From the IMG/VR virus record IMGVR_UViG_3300037418_001222: DNA of 49,910 nucleotides, one strand, 5' to 3'. Numbering within the stretch: position 1 is the stretch's first letter; every line of letters begins with the position of its first letter. Shown here piece after piece: positions 9,645 to 19,312 of this stretch. The position numbers were made by a program, and so were the translations under genes. The notes below the pieces were generated by a model that was given only the letters and a program-made list of their open reading frames with translations, searched no databases and was not told the DNA's origin. The DNA is from a virus. Taxonomy: Duplodnaviria; Heunggongvirae; Uroviricota; Caudoviricetes.

Positions 9645-9875
9645 TTAAAAAGTATTGATGTTAGACCCTTTTCCAGAACCCTTCTTGATGTCCCGAAGAA
9701 TATCCCGGAATCCTTCGTCCGGCTTCTTTGCATCATTATAGCTCAAGGATGGCACATACTTAAATGTTCTGTGAAGATGAGGGTTATCACTCTTATACTG
9801 GTCGTATTCCGAAATCTTAAGTACGATCTCGAATTCTTCATTTGTCTCAGTGTTTAGAAATGAATATGTTGGCAA
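9645..9875 (-). CDS. conserved T4-like phage protein upstream of phoH (FmdB-like N-terminus)
   Basis: MPTYSF...YKSDNPHL...KPDEGFRDIL, TTG start. Confidence 0.7.
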   Translation of the reverse strand: MPTYSFLNTETNEEFEIVLKISEYDQYKSDNPHLHRTFKYVPSLSYNDAKKPDEGFRDILRDIKKGSGKGSNINTF

Positions 9876-9879
9876 GTCT

Positions 9880-10026
9880 TTATTCCTCGTCGTAATCTGC
9901 TAGAAACTCAATGTCTCTAACCTTTAGAGCTCTATCGAACTTCTTTCTCTTGTGATTCTTTCTTTCAGGAATAGAAGCTTCTTCGTCAGACCAATTATTC
10001 TTGCGAAACTTTTTTATCTGCTTCAT
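9880..10026 (-). CDS. small hypothetical protein (48 aa)
   Basis: read manually: MKQIKKFRKNNWSDEE...DYDEE; fills the gap between neighbours. Confidence 0.55.
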   Translation of the reverse strand: MKQIKKFRKNNWSDEEASIPERKNHKRKKFDRALKVRDIEFLADYDEE

Positions 10027-10435
10027 CTGGAATAAGTCCTGGCCATACTTCGTTGATAACTGTTGGAGTGATACCCTTTGGCAACTTACGCTCTTTTACT
10101 AGACAGAGCAGTTCTGCATCCTTGGGTGCTACTGATTCTAGGATCTGAATGAATAGATTCTCTAGCTTTGGTCTGGATAGATTGTTTCCATTTCCATTGA
10201 CAAAGAGTCTAAGCTTCTTCACTTCGTGATATAGCATATTCTCTTGGTCGAGATATGGTGTGGGAGAATAAGGAGGAGTTCCTTCTGGCAAGTCCCACTT
10301 AATTAATGGATGTAGTGCGTATTGAATAATATCTTGAAGAGACCTTGAATCATTCTTTCTAAGATATTCCACTTTCTCTTCTTTGGTCTTCATCTTAGCT
10401 GCTTTGCCAAGAATTTCGCCAAGTCCCAACTTCAT
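9995..10435 (-). CDS. conserved T4-like phage protein (DUF6433-like)
   Basis: EKVEYLRKNDS...WDLPEGTPPY...LENLFIQILE. Confidence 0.75.
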   Translation of the reverse strand: MKLGLGEILGKAAKMKTKEEKVEYLRKNDSRSLQDIIQYALHPLIKWDLPEGTPPYSPTPYLDQENMLYHEVKKLRLFVNGNGNNLSRPKLENLFIQILESVAPKDAELLCLVKERKLPKGITPTVINEVWPGLIPDEADKKVSQE

Positions 10436-10504
10436 TGTTAATCCTTCATTTTTATATCACGAACTTATGTGACTGATTATTTATGGGACTCGAATTCTGT
10501 ATCA

Positions 10505-10756
10505 TCACTCTGCATCAACGACTATATTGCCTTTAGCCTGATCGATTAATTTGACGAAATCATCTAGAGGAATATCCATCTGTGTGATCTTTCCACACAC
10601 ATTCCATCCGGTCTTCTCATCAATCGAGTCTGTTTCTCGAAGAATGATTCTTACACTGTCACCAAATTGAGTAAAGTTTACGAATGGCGGATAGAAATGA
10701 TATCCATTGTTACCACCTGGAGTGAATGCTGCTAAGTACCGTGAGTCTTTACTCAT
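10505..10756 (-). CDS. hypothetical protein
   Basis: 83-aa ORF, ATGA overlap with the upstream gene. Confidence 0.6.
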   Translation of the reverse strand: MSKDSRYLAAFTPGGNNGYHFYPPFVNFTQFGDSVRIILRETDSIDEKTGWNVCGKITQMDIPLDDFVKLIDQAKGNIVVDAE

Positions 10757-11088
10757 TCTGTTATCTCTCTATATTCTGTGACTTGAACAGCCTTAACTGG
10801 AATGAACCGTTGATAGCAATGAGTTGTTCCATCAACATCAACTTCAATAGTATCAAACCATTCATTGAGTGGTCTAGCAAATAGTATATCACCTTCTAAA
10901 GATGCATCAAATCCAGGTCCACCAATTCTAAAATATAGAATTGAAACGTCATCAATGGCCGTATCAAAAACCACATCATCTACTCTATAAACTCCACCCT
11001 TATAATGCTTCCAAATTTTAGCAATATTATAAAGTTGGTCTCGAGCTGCTTTTAGTTTTTCTTGTATTTCAACAGTAGTTAGTTTCAT
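10753..11088 (-). CDS. DUF1653-family protein
   Basis: WKHYKGGVYRV...FARPLNEWF...QRF. Confidence 0.75.
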   Translation of the reverse strand: MKLTTVEIQEKLKAARDQLYNIAKIWKHYKGGVYRVDDVVFDTAIDDVSILYFRIGGPGFDASLEGDILFARPLNEWFDTIEVDVDGTTHCYQRFIPVKAVQVTEYREITE

Positions 11089-11089
11089 C

Positions 11090-11950
11090 TTAAAATTCCT
11101 GTGCATATTCCATTAGGTGTTTCATACGATTCTTCATTAGATATCCAAAAATCTTATCTCGACCTTTACCGACCTGGGATTCATATTGTTGCATGATCTC
11201 ATCTACGAGCGACTTTGGAGTATGAGATAGATCGATCATCTCTTTATTTCGATAATATCTACGAAGGTTCTCTGCATCATCCCAGACTCCACTCTTCGCT
11301 TGTTTCATTAGAGACTCTAGTCTCTTCTGAGTCATCGCGCTCTGTCGAATTTTCATCACAATAGATGAGTCTTGAGAGAGAACATTTGGAACTCCATCGG
11401 AACCATCCCCACGAAGAATATGTTCTAGTAGATAGTCTTCCGGATTGTTCTCAACTACTTTCTTATTTCGAACTGGATCATATTGATCTACGTTGGTGAA
11501 CCGGTGTAGCTGTTTGAAATCCTTATCGGCAGAAAGAATTAGAATAGGTTCGCTTCCAGGAATATCAGATCCAAACTTGAATACTAGAGTTCCGATGATA
11601 TCATCGGCCTCTGCTCCTTCCACCTCGATAATTCGATATGGGAAGTATTCACGAAGATCATTTCGAACTTCTCTCAAACCAGAATGAATTGCATCCCAAT
11701 CTAGAGCAGACTCATCCTTATCCTTACTTCTGTTTGCTTTATAGTATGGAAATCTAGCCTTACGCCAGGATGATCCTGTATCGCAAGCAATAATCATCTC
11801 GCCATACTTGGTCGTATACTTTTGTCTATAGGACCTGAGCGAGTTCAAGACCATATGCTTCAGCATTGGTAGTTGAATCTCTCCACCAGAGAATCCCATT
11901 TGCATCATGATAGATGCAATCATTACTTGCTGTAGGTCGACAATGACCAT
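11090..11950 (-). CDS. rnh: T4-type RNase H / 5'-3' exonuclease
   Basis: SWRK..FPYYKANR, GAEADDIIG, SADKDFKQL, GDGSDGVPN. Confidence 0.92.
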   Translation of the reverse strand: MVIVDLQQVMIASIMMQMGFSGGEIQLPMLKHMVLNSLRSYRQKYTTKYGEMIIACDTGSSWRKARFPYYKANRSKDKDESALDWDAIHSGLREVRNDLREYFPYRIIEVEGAEADDIIGTLVFKFGSDIPGSEPILILSADKDFKQLHRFTNVDQYDPVRNKKVVENNPEDYLLEHILRGDGSDGVPNVLSQDSSIVMKIRQSAMTQKRLESLMKQAKSGVWDDAENLRRYYRNKEMIDLSHTPKSLVDEIMQQYESQVGKGRDKIFGYLMKNRMKHLMEYAQEF

Positions 11951-12270
11951 TATTGAAAATCCACTTCAATTGATGGTTGGATGTGGAGCTTACCCATGCT
12001 CCAATAGAACAAGTGTTCTGCAATATCTTGGTTGGGATGGTACTTACCACGAACCTTATAGAGGTAAGATCGAATGGACTCTGCTATCAGAGCCAAGTCC
12101 TTAATATATTCCTCTTCATCTAAAGTGTCAATACCTCTTATTTCCATATGATTCATCACTGTATTCATGATGAATAGAAAATCTGATTGAACCGTCTCTC
12201 CAGTGATCTTATCGTCTGGAGATGGAGGAAGACTTCCCCATGGCCCTTGAACTACATTATTGGCTGACAT
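11950..12270 (-). CDS. hypothetical protein
   Basis: 106-aa ORF translationally coupled to rnh. Confidence 0.65.
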   Translation of the reverse strand: MSANNVVQGPWGSLPPSPDDKITGETVQSDFLFIMNTVMNHMEIRGIDTLDEEEYIKDLALIAESIRSYLYKVRGKYHPNQDIAEHLFYWSMGKLHIQPSIEVDFQ

Positions 12271-13261
12271 AAGTGAACATCTTCTTAATCTCTGGAACCT
12301 TCTTATCTGGATTCTCAGCTATGATCTTGGATAGAAGGTGACTCCATTTCTGCGCTGATATAATAGAATTGAATCTATTATCAGCGTACATCTTCATAAA
12401 TTTACTCTTAGCTATAACATCTGGGTCATTCACCAGAGGAATTGCTGAATTGAGTAGATGATAGAGCTTAGTTGCGTGCCGGTTTTCATCCTCTTCAAAC
12501 TGATACATGTAAGTAAATCCGGCCGATGTATCTGGAAGAGCTCCATAGTTAGAATGAATACACATGAGTCCAGCAGACATCGCCTCGATTAAACATAGGC
12601 ACGATGTCTCTGGCCATATCGATGGATATACAAATATATCCCCGTTTCTTCCTAGAAAAGTTCGAATCTCATCATTTGATACTGTTCCATGGTTCGTGAC
12701 TTTTGGATGAGAATTTAGTTTGTCAAATAGATAACGATATTGTTCGTCTCTTTGTTCCCATCCATAAAGCTTGAACGATGAGAATACATCGAGTCTAATG
12801 TTATCGTGTTTCTTACACAGTTCTTCAAAAGCTGCAAATAAAATGTGAAGACCACGATGTGGTGTTGGAGTATAACAGATACGAACTGGCTCATCTTTCT
12901 TTCGAGCCAAACTTGGGTTTATGAAATCGATGGAATTTTCGATTACTTCACAATGCGACCACGGAATACCATAATGATTGATGTAAGCTTGCATCTGCCA
13001 ATTTGAGACAAATACAATTTTATGGAATTTGTTCCACCCTGAGTCTTTTAGTACTTCTGACTCAGGATCACCGGGTAGATCATGACACCATAAGATTCGA
13101 AACTTATCCTCATTAAGTTCTCGAACTCTAGATGGAATGATCTGGAATTGTTCTAGAAGTTCTCTAGGAACAGATCCATTATACAACCTCTCTTGGAGGA
13201 GCTCTGTTCCACCTTTGGAATTTACATTAGTCTCATTGCGTTCAATTAAGTCTTTATTCAT
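12257..13261 (-). CDS. GT4-family glycosyltransferase
   Basis: GGTE, FVSNWQ, YTPTPHRGL, YPSIWPETSCLCLIEAMSAG (ExxxxxxxE). Confidence 0.88.
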   Translation of the reverse strand: MNKDLIERNETNVNSKGGTELLQERLYNGSVPRELLEQFQIIPSRVRELNEDKFRILWCHDLPGDPESEVLKDSGWNKFHKIVFVSNWQMQAYINHYGIPWSHCEVIENSIDFINPSLARKKDEPVRICYTPTPHRGLHILFAAFEELCKKHDNIRLDVFSSFKLYGWEQRDEQYRYLFDKLNSHPKVTNHGTVSNDEIRTFLGRNGDIFVYPSIWPETSCLCLIEAMSAGLMCIHSNYGALPDTSAGFTYMYQFEEDENRHATKLYHLLNSAIPLVNDPDVIAKSKFMKMYADNRFNSIISAQKWSHLLSKIIAENPDKKVPEIKKMFTYVSQ

Positions 13262-13492
13262 CTACCTTCGGATTCCTAACTGCCACTTGATTTGTTCTGA
13301 GCAAATCCACTTTAAGTATTCTTTTCTCTTATGTTCTCTAAGATTAGCATATTCAACTTGAATACTCCAATAATCTACTAATCCTGGTTGTCTATTATAT
13401 TCCTTAGCTACCAGATATAATGCTTTCTCACATCTATCTAATTCTAAGTTAGCATCTTTTACTTCTTGACCAAACCTAGTCCTTGTTATCAT
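13262..13492 (-). CDS. hypothetical protein
   Basis: 76-aa ORF ending in TAG. Confidence 0.5.
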   Translation of the reverse strand: MITRTRFGQEVKDANLELDRCEKALYLVAKEYNRQPGLVDYWSIQVEYANLREHKRKEYLKWICSEQIKWQLGIRR

Positions 13493-13763
13493 TGAGATGC
13501 CATTTCTTGAATAGTGTTTGTTTTCTGATAAATTGTTCGTGAACCATATTAAGTTCTCTATCAGTCAAGTTGTGTTCTGAGAAGAAGTCGAGTGCGGCGT
13601 ATAGATCACCGAGCTCCTCGACTAATTTCTCACGGAGATTTCCACTCCAGTGATTATGATCTCCTCGAGATCCCATTAGCTTACCACCAACCTGAATTAC
13701 TTCACCGGCTTCCTCTAGGAGCTTAGAAAGACCAGCCCATTTCTCGTCACCAATTGCAAACAT
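13476..13763 (-). CDS. MazG-like NTP pyrophosphohydrolase
   Basis: LLEEAGEVIQ...LVEELGDLYA. Confidence 0.75.
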   Translation of the reverse strand: MFAIGDEKWAGLSKLLEEAGEVIQVGGKLMGSRGDHNHWSGNLREKLVEELGDLYAALDFFSEHNLTDRELNMVHEQFIRKQTLFKKWHLNDNKD

Positions 13764-14035
13764 TATACTTCAACGTACTCAATAATAGTTTTTTCGACAG
13801 GTTTAACTTCTTTACATTCGATAGTTTCCCCCTCATAGTCATAAGGGCGCTCATCTTGCTGCTCCGTAGCTCCAACAGAATAACTGGTCTTAAAGAACTT
13901 TCCATCGTATTTAAAAATCATCTCATGAATGACTGACCATCGAGAATGATCTATGATATCATTAGAGATTACTTCATAGTCATCACCATGATCATGATAT
14001 GCCATCTCTAATAGTGCTGTTCTAGGGAACTTCAT
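13763..14035 (-). CDS. hypothetical phage protein
   Basis: SRWSVIHEMIFKYDGKFFKTSYSVGATEQQDE, a recurrent phage family. Confidence 0.7.
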   Translation of the reverse strand: MKFPRTALLEMAYHDHGDDYEVISNDIIDHSRWSVIHEMIFKYDGKFFKTSYSVGATEQQDERPYDYEGETIECKEVKPVEKTIIEYVEV

Positions 14036-14102
14036 ATTCTCTCTTTCTTATGATAAGAAACTTGACGTAAGGACACCAGAAACTTTTTGAGGGAACACTT
14101 TG

Positions 14103-14303
14103 TTACTGGATGAGACCTTGTTCGCGTAGATAATTTTCGGCAATTTGCTTGCCTTGTTCAATAGTATTTGAGACACAGAGAAACTTCTTCTCTGGCTTTC
14201 TGATCATTACGATCCAGCCGCACGTCCCTGTGATGTTCTTGAAGATATCGAACTGACCCTGTGGGTCTTCGTAATGGTAATCAGACTGTTTCTTTAGACT
14301 CAT
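14103..14303 (-). CDS. hypothetical protein
   Basis: about 66-aa ORF. Confidence 0.55.
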   Translation of the reverse strand: MSLKKQSDYHYEDPQGQFDIFKNITGTCGWIVMIRKPEKKFLCVSNTIEQGKQIAENYLREQGLIQ

Positions 14304-14682
14304 GGGTAATATCAATCAAATCATGTTCTCGATCAATGAACTTGTATGAAACCTTAGTCACATAAAAGTTCTCTCGTATATATCCAATCACTTCTTCTGG
14401 AGTAAATGGTGCACAACTATATAGGTCAAATTCAAGAAGCCCCGTTCCGTCTTCGTAATTCCAGATGTGTATTACAGAATTACTTGTTGTAAGAAGAATC
14501 GAAGAAGTGATTCCTTCATTTCCTTCTTCATCACACCATAGAGTTACTGCTGGTGATAGAACCTTCATTCTGACTCTATCTACTAGAGTAGTCATGAAAT
14601 CGTCTACAAACTTAACATCTTGTTTTTGTGGTGGAGATAGAATCTCTGCTCTAACTAACAAATGAAGGTGCGCGGAAGGCAT
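14281..14682 (-). CDS. speD: S-adenosylmethionine decarboxylase-like proenzyme
   Basis: HLHLLVRAE, GNEGIT....TTS, IHIW, FDLYSC (phage-type AdoMetDC). Confidence 0.75.
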   Translation of the reverse strand: MPSAHLHLLVRAEILSPPQKQDVKFVDDFMTTLVDRVRMKVLSPAVTLWCDEEGNEGITSSILLTTSNSVIHIWNYEDGTGLLEFDLYSCAPFTPEEVIGYIRENFYVTKVSYKFIDREHDLIDITHESKETV

Positions 14683-14739
14683 TTCATGAGAACTCCTAGG
14701 AAAGAGTGAATATATCCTAGCGAGTGCTAGTGCACTTAT

Positions 14740-15357
14740 TTATTCACTATTGATAGTTCTCTCAATCTTCTGAAGCCTAAGAATATCAACCGCTAAGTCA
14801 TGAATAGAATTATGCTTGATGAATAGCTTTTCTTCATCTTCATCCAAAGGCATGAATCCATTGACCTTCAATTTGAATTGGAAATTTGCATCAATGTAAG
14901 TTCTAGTGTCTCTAACAAGCCAATATGGAAGAATAAAATCTAGAGCTTCTCTTGACATACAGTCTCTAAAATTTCGATGCAGTAGAATAGGATCAAATGT
15001 ATTAGATCTTGACCACCAGTATGATACCTTTACTTCTTTCAAATATTTGTAAAGATTAGTGCAGAACTCAGCTACCGAAATATCATCTGGAGACGGTTTG
15101 ATCTGCTTGATCGCTTCTTCTCCCTGATCCTTCCACCATTGGAGAGAGTCCTCTCCAATCTTATATCCTTCTCTAACCTGAGAAGCAATATCAAACTTAT
15201 CCATACGAATACTTTGAATTAGTTCCTCAAAGGTGTATGGATTGTCAGATGTAAATCTACTCCAGTCAAATACAAAGTATGAACAGTTCACTACTGGAAC
15301 CGTGAACACATCTTGACCAAGAGTTTCGTAGTCTAAAATAAAATGTAAATTACTCAT
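14740..15357 (-). CDS. dexA: DexA-like 3'-5' exonuclease (DEDDh)
   Basis: FILDYETLG, WWKDQ, WSRSNTFD, RDTRT, HNSIHD. Confidence 0.85.
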   Translation of the reverse strand: MSNLHFILDYETLGQDVFTVPVVNCSYFVFDWSRFTSDNPYTFEELIQSIRMDKFDIASQVREGYKIGEDSLQWWKDQGEEAIKQIKPSPDDISVAEFCTNLYKYLKEVKVSYWWSRSNTFDPILLHRNFRDCMSREALDFILPYWLVRDTRTYIDANFQFKLKVNGFMPLDEDEEKLFIKHNSIHDLAVDILRLQKIERTINSE

Positions 15358-15893
15358 TTAAATCGTTTCTTATATTTTTCTTTCAGATCTCTTTCCTGAG
15401 ATTCTCTATGAGACTTCTTGAACCTTTCAGAAGCCTCCCATATAGCTTTTCTCTCTTTGGCATTAAAGAGCATTTTTCTATCTGAACCATCCCAGATACC
15501 CACATGGTCTTGTCCATTTGATATCCAGACAGATGTTCCATTATTATGACTAATTCTATATTCAGAGAGAGTCCACTTTTGTGGCTCATTATCTAGCGAC
15601 TTTATAATCAGATCAGCTAATGTTTCCTCTTTAACAAGATTATTGTTACTCTTCTGAACAATCGTATCGCACAGTTCCATAGATGGATTGTGACCAAAGA
15701 ACAGTAGTCTAACCTTACTCCAGAATGAGAGTTTCTCTAGTTCAATAGTAACACCATGACACTTAACCTCTGGTTTCTGTTTAGCTCTAGCTATCTTTCC
15801 AAGGTATTCTATCTTAGCTCCATGTTCAAATAGAGTTTCAATATGATCCTTCTTGAAAGGATCAACTAAGCATGATAAAGGATCTTGTGACAT
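15354..15893 (-). CDS. hypothetical protein (paralogue A)
   Basis: 179-aa ORF; C-terminal domain similar to the next gene. Confidence 0.65.
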   Translation of the reverse strand: MSQDPLSCLVDPFKKDHIETLFEHGAKIEYLGKIARAKQKPEVKCHGVTIELEKLSFWSKVRLLFFGHNPSMELCDTIVQKSNNNLVKEETLADLIIKSLDNEPQKWTLSEYRISHNNGTSVWISNGQDHVGIWDGSDRKMLFNAKERKAIWEASERFKKSHRESQERDLKEKYKKRFK

Positions 15894-15905
15894 TGCTTTA
15901 TATCT

Positions 15906-16385
15906 TCAAGAAGACTTTTTAGTCGAAGGATGGGTCCATCTTCTTAGTGCTCTCTGATGAGCTTGTCTTGCTTTATGATCTCTAATACGTTCAAGACATT
16001 TGTTGGCTGCAGAACTAATTCTCTTTTGTTCTTCTACAGAGAGGTATACATCATATTCACCAGAAAGACACACATAATTTCCATTAACATACAGATTAGT
16101 TCCATTAGGGTGCTGAAGGCGCTCACCATGTATCCACTTCCACTTAAGTGGTTCGTTCAATAATGAGTTCTCAATGTGTTCGGCCAGTGTAAGCTCTTTC
16201 TTCACTAGAACTTCTGGTTGATCTGGTGGAACAAAATGCACGTTCTCTTCTCCTATAGGACGAAGCAATTCACTCTCGAGTTGTGTAGCAAATACAGGAG
16301 GCGATGCCGTTTCAGAGCATGCCAAGGTTCTTGAGTTGCTCGATTGAGTCTTTTGCCGACGTGTGAAGGATAAAAGTCCCACCAT
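15906..16385 (-). CDS. hypothetical protein (paralogue B)
   Basis: shares TLA..I..SL.NEP.KW...H.NGT...NG with 15354..15893; start uncertain. Confidence 0.6.
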   Translation of the reverse strand: MVGLLSFTRRQKTQSSNSRTLACSETASPPVFATQLESELLRPIGEENVHFVPPDQPEVLVKKELTLAEHIENSLLNEPLKWKWIHGERLQHPNGTNLYVNGNYVCLSGEYDVYLSVEEQKRISSAANKCLERIRDHKARQAHQRALRRWTHPSTKKSS

Positions 16386-16782
16386 TAGTCTCCCAAGTTT
16401 CTTTGTATTTTGGCCAATCGTCTATAATGATATTGTGATGTGTTGGAACCATGTAATGATACTTGTTTCTTGACTCACAAGTTATCATTGGAATACCAGG
16501 AAAGTTGATCCTTCTCCATAATTGCTTTTGAGGTTGTGACCAATTACCCTGTGGGCATCCGGTTAGAATGATTGGATTTAGATGTCTAACCGCTTCCACT
16601 AGTTCATGAGCATCTTTCATAACTGGAAGATTGACGAAGAAATTCTCGTCACTCATAACTACTTTCCAGAACGCCTTGGCTCCAAACTTATCCTCATATC
16701 CACGAGAAGTCTCACCAGAAATCTCTTCGAATCGAGCGTCAAAGTCGGCTAGAACTCCATCGCAATCTAGAAATAGTTGCAT
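16312..16782 (-). CDS. HAD-family 5'(3')-deoxyribonucleotidase-like protein
   Basis: LFLDCDGVLADF, IILTG, IIIDD. Confidence 0.85.
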   Translation of the reverse strand: MQLFLDCDGVLADFDARFEEISGETSRGYEDKFGAKAFWKVVMSDENFFVNLPVMKDAHELVEAVRHLNPIILTGCPQGNWSQPQKQLWRRINFPGIPMITCESRNKYHYMVPTHHNIIIDDWPKYKETWETNGGTFILHTSAKDSIEQLKNLGML

Positions 16783-17081
16783 TAATTCAGCCTGTCTGTT
16801 CCATCGGTCTGTACGTCGCCAAGAGAAGGCGTGATAACTGTGCTGACGCGCTCGATACGAAATGAGCGCCAGCCAGCATTATCAATATCCCATACACTGA
16901 AGAGACCAGATTCATCTGTTTCTTCAGAATAACGAGGAGCGATAGGTGCTTCACCAGTTACAGAGGACATCAGAGTAGCTTTCATGCGACGCTTAGACCC
17001 ATCCACCTTAGTGAAGTAGAGATCCACTACGTTATTAGCCAGGCGATCAAAGAGTTCTTTACGATTCAGAAGAGCTGCCAT
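16782..17081 (-). CDS. SH3/WYL-like beta-barrel protein (DUF2693-like)
   Basis: FTKVDGSKRRMKATL...VWDIDNAGWRSFR. Confidence 0.75.
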   Translation of the reverse strand: MAALLNRKELFDRLANNVVDLYFTKVDGSKRRMKATLMSSVTGEAPIAPRYSEETDESGLFSVWDIDNAGWRSFRIERVSTVITPSLGDVQTDGTDRLN

Positions 17082-17334
17082 TCATATTCTCCAAGTATTT
17101 GACGAGATCGTCGTGTCCACCAATATATCTTGCAATAGTCTCTGGTGGTGTGTTATCATATAGTTCGATTTGTGGAAAGGTCTTTGCATGGGGAAACAAA
17201 GATAGAAGTTGCTCTCGAGTAAAGTCTTTATTGAGGACCTTCTCCTCGTAATAAAGTCCTTTATTCTCAAGAAGTATCTTAGCCCTAGTGCAGTAGACGC
17301 AATCCGGTTTAGAATAAATCTGAAATACTAGCAT
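17059..17334 (-). CDS. glutaredoxin
   Basis: CVYC active site, TFPQI, YIGG. Confidence 0.92.
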   Translation of the reverse strand: MLVFQIYSKPDCVYCTRAKILLENKGLYYEEKVLNKDFTREQLLSLFPHAKTFPQIELYDNTPPETIARYIGGHDDLVKYLENMNGSSSES

Positions 17335-17364
17335 AATTCTTTATAACATGATTTCCTAAAAATG

Positions 17365-18099
17365 TCAATGGTCATGTGAAGCCTGAAGTGCTAGATCGCC
17401 ACAGATCTTAATCCGATCATTCCTCAGTTGGATGTGATTAGGATCTTTGACATCGATTTGCCCTTCATCATTACACTTCTGAAAGATGTCTTGATAAGAG
17501 TCGTGAACATACTTTACCATGACTTGTGGAGGAGACTCCATCTTCATAGCAAAAGTAAGACACTGATCAAGAGTATAATTTGTATTAGTGTTACACCAAC
17601 GGACTCTAGCATCTCGGCTATACATCATAGTGACCGTCTTAATCCCAGAGTACACCGGAACTCCGACTTTCTGAACAACTACTCGTGGTTCCATATACTG
17701 TTTGGACCAATCCTTACAGAAGTTCAATCGATCCTCTGTACTATTTCCATCAGAATTATGATCCATACAGTAGTCAAACCGAGAGTCCTGAGTATACCTA
17801 ACGGTCTGAGTTAGAACTTCCTTCCCGGTAATCCTGACGATCTTCCTAATAACAGGACGATCTACTGGACGATCTCTATAGACAACTCGAACATTATAGT
17901 CCGGGCTGGGAATAGAATAGATCAAAGCCCAGGAGACGGCTACACCAATGGCGATATGTAGAGACGTGAGTAGAGATCCACTACCTCTACCGGATGCTCT
18001 CGCTGACAGGAAGTTAATGAAGCAACCTAAGATTACCACTCCACATAGAATGGAAATGGGAGTCTTAAGACCGAATAGCCAAACCCAAAGAAATTCCAT
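17365..18099 (-). CDS. membrane-anchored protein with Cys-pair repeats
   Basis: two N-terminal hydrophobic helices and three Cys-pair repeats; GAGGTG RBS. Confidence 0.7.
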   Translation of the reverse strand: MEFLWVWLFGLKTPISILCGVVILGCFINFLSARASGRGSGSLLTSLHIAIGVAVSWALIYSIPSPDYNVRVVYRDRPVDRPVIRKIVRITGKEVLTQTVRYTQDSRFDYCMDHNSDGNSTEDRLNFCKDWSKQYMEPRVVVQKVGVPVYSGIKTVTMMYSRDARVRWCNTNTNYTLDQCLTFAMKMESPPQVMVKYVHDSYQDIFQKCNDEGQIDVKDPNHIQLRNDRIKICGDLALQASHDH

Positions 18100-18159
18100 T
18101 AGTCACCTCACCATGATAATGAAATTAGTATAAACCAGAGTCAGGCAAAAGTAAAATAC

Positions 18160-18194
18160 ATTAATGGCGGGATCAACAGAATCCCGCCATTAAT
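18160..18194. terminator. terminator-like hairpin
   Basis: ATTAATGGCGGGAT / ATCCCGCCATTAAT. Confidence 0.7.
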
Positions 18195-18196
18195 TG

Positions 18197-18406
18197 TTAC
18201 TTATTTTTATTGGTGATCTTAGAGACTTCTGCTTCAGCTTCTTTTGCAAGAGTCTCAGCCTCCGTAACTACTTCTTGTTCGACTTCAGAAGCTATCTCTT
18301 CAACATAAGTTTCAAGAGGTTCATCGGCTGGCTTTGGATGAGCTCTAACCCATTCAAAGGCTAGATAGGCAACGGCACATAATACTACAAAAATAAGGAA
18401 ACCCAT
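18197..18406 (-). CDS. small single-pass membrane protein with acidic tail
   Basis: MGFLIFVVLCAVAYLAF followed by an E-rich helix. Confidence 0.65.
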   Translation of the reverse strand: MGFLIFVVLCAVAYLAFEWVRAHPKPADEPLETYVEEIASEVEQEVVTEAETLAKEAEAEVSKITNKNK

Positions 18407-18426
18407 AATCAATTCTTTCTATTAGT

Positions 18427-18501
18427 TGGTGCTTCTACCCGAGAATCGAACTGGGGATGGCGGGGTACAAATCCGCAGTTTTACCACTAAACTATAGAAG
18501 C
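18427..18501 (-). tRNA. tRNA-Thr(UGU)
   Basis: GCTTCTA/TAGAAGC acceptor, loop TT-TGT-AC, TTCGATT T-loop, ACCA end. Confidence 0.85.
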
Positions 18502-18512
18502 AGAGTAATTAT

Positions 18513-19100
18513 TTATCTTACGTGAGTATACTTTCCATAATCAGGTTCACCGAACTCTTCAAACCTCTTGTTGATTTGTTCTCTAAGTTCTGTGAGTTCA
18601 ATTGGTCTGTAATCGATCTGTTCTACACAAACAGAAAAGTAGAGAGGGTCTGATCTACGAACTTTATATACTTCTCTCTCAACGATATTAGCATGAAGGT
18701 GACCATGAATATTCACTCTCCATCTCTGAGTAATCGACTCTGGATGGAGAGGAACATGAGTAAGAACCATATCCTCTAGAACTCGAACTCCATATATCTC
18801 TTTGAAGTACTGGAGGTAATCTTTTGTCTTAAAGATATCATGGTTCCCACGAACCAATCTCTTACTTCCATTAAGTCGTGAGAGAGTCGATAGATGTTTG
18901 TTGGAGATTACTACGTCTCCAAGGTGATACACCTTATCCTGCTCTCTAACGACTTCATTCCACCTTCGGATCATCTCTTCGTCCATCTCTTGTGCGTTAG
19001 AAAAAGGTCGAAGAGGAGATCCGTCATGACGCTTGAACGTGGTACAACACTTCTCATGTCCGAAGTGAGTATCAGAAATGAAGAAGATATTACCACTCAC
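18513..19100 (-). CDS. calcineurin-like metallophosphoesterase
   Basis: SDTHFGH, LGD, GNHD, THVP, HGHLH. Confidence 0.92.
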   Translation of the reverse strand: MSGNIFFISDTHFGHEKCCTTFKRHDGSPLRPFSNAQEMDEEMIRRWNEVVREQDKVYHLGDVVISNKHLSTLSRLNGSKRLVRGNHDIFKTKDYLQYFKEIYGVRVLEDMVLTHVPLHPESITQRWRVNIHGHLHANIVEREVYKVRRSDPLYFSVCVEQIDYRPIELTELREQINKRFEEFGEPDYGKYTHVR

Positions 19101-19312
19101 TTGAGTCTACCATTCTTAATATTTTCTTCAAAACAGAAGAATAGTTGATCGAACTTAATATCATATAGCTGTTTAAGTCCTAATAGAATGTTGGTCATCT
19201 CATCATGATCTATCTTGTCACTATCACAAACGTGTTCGTAGAGAGAATTAAGATCATTTACGACCTTCCAACACTCCATTATCCTCGATTCAAGATCGAA
19301 TCTATCAACCAT
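19097..19312 (-). CDS. hypothetical phage protein
   Basis: DRFDLESRIMECW...ILLGLKQLYDIKFDQLF, a recurrent family. Confidence 0.7.
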   Translation of the reverse strand: MVDRFDLESRIMECWKVVNDLNSLYEHVCDSDKIDHDEMTNILLGLKQLYDIKFDQLFFCFEENIKNGRLK

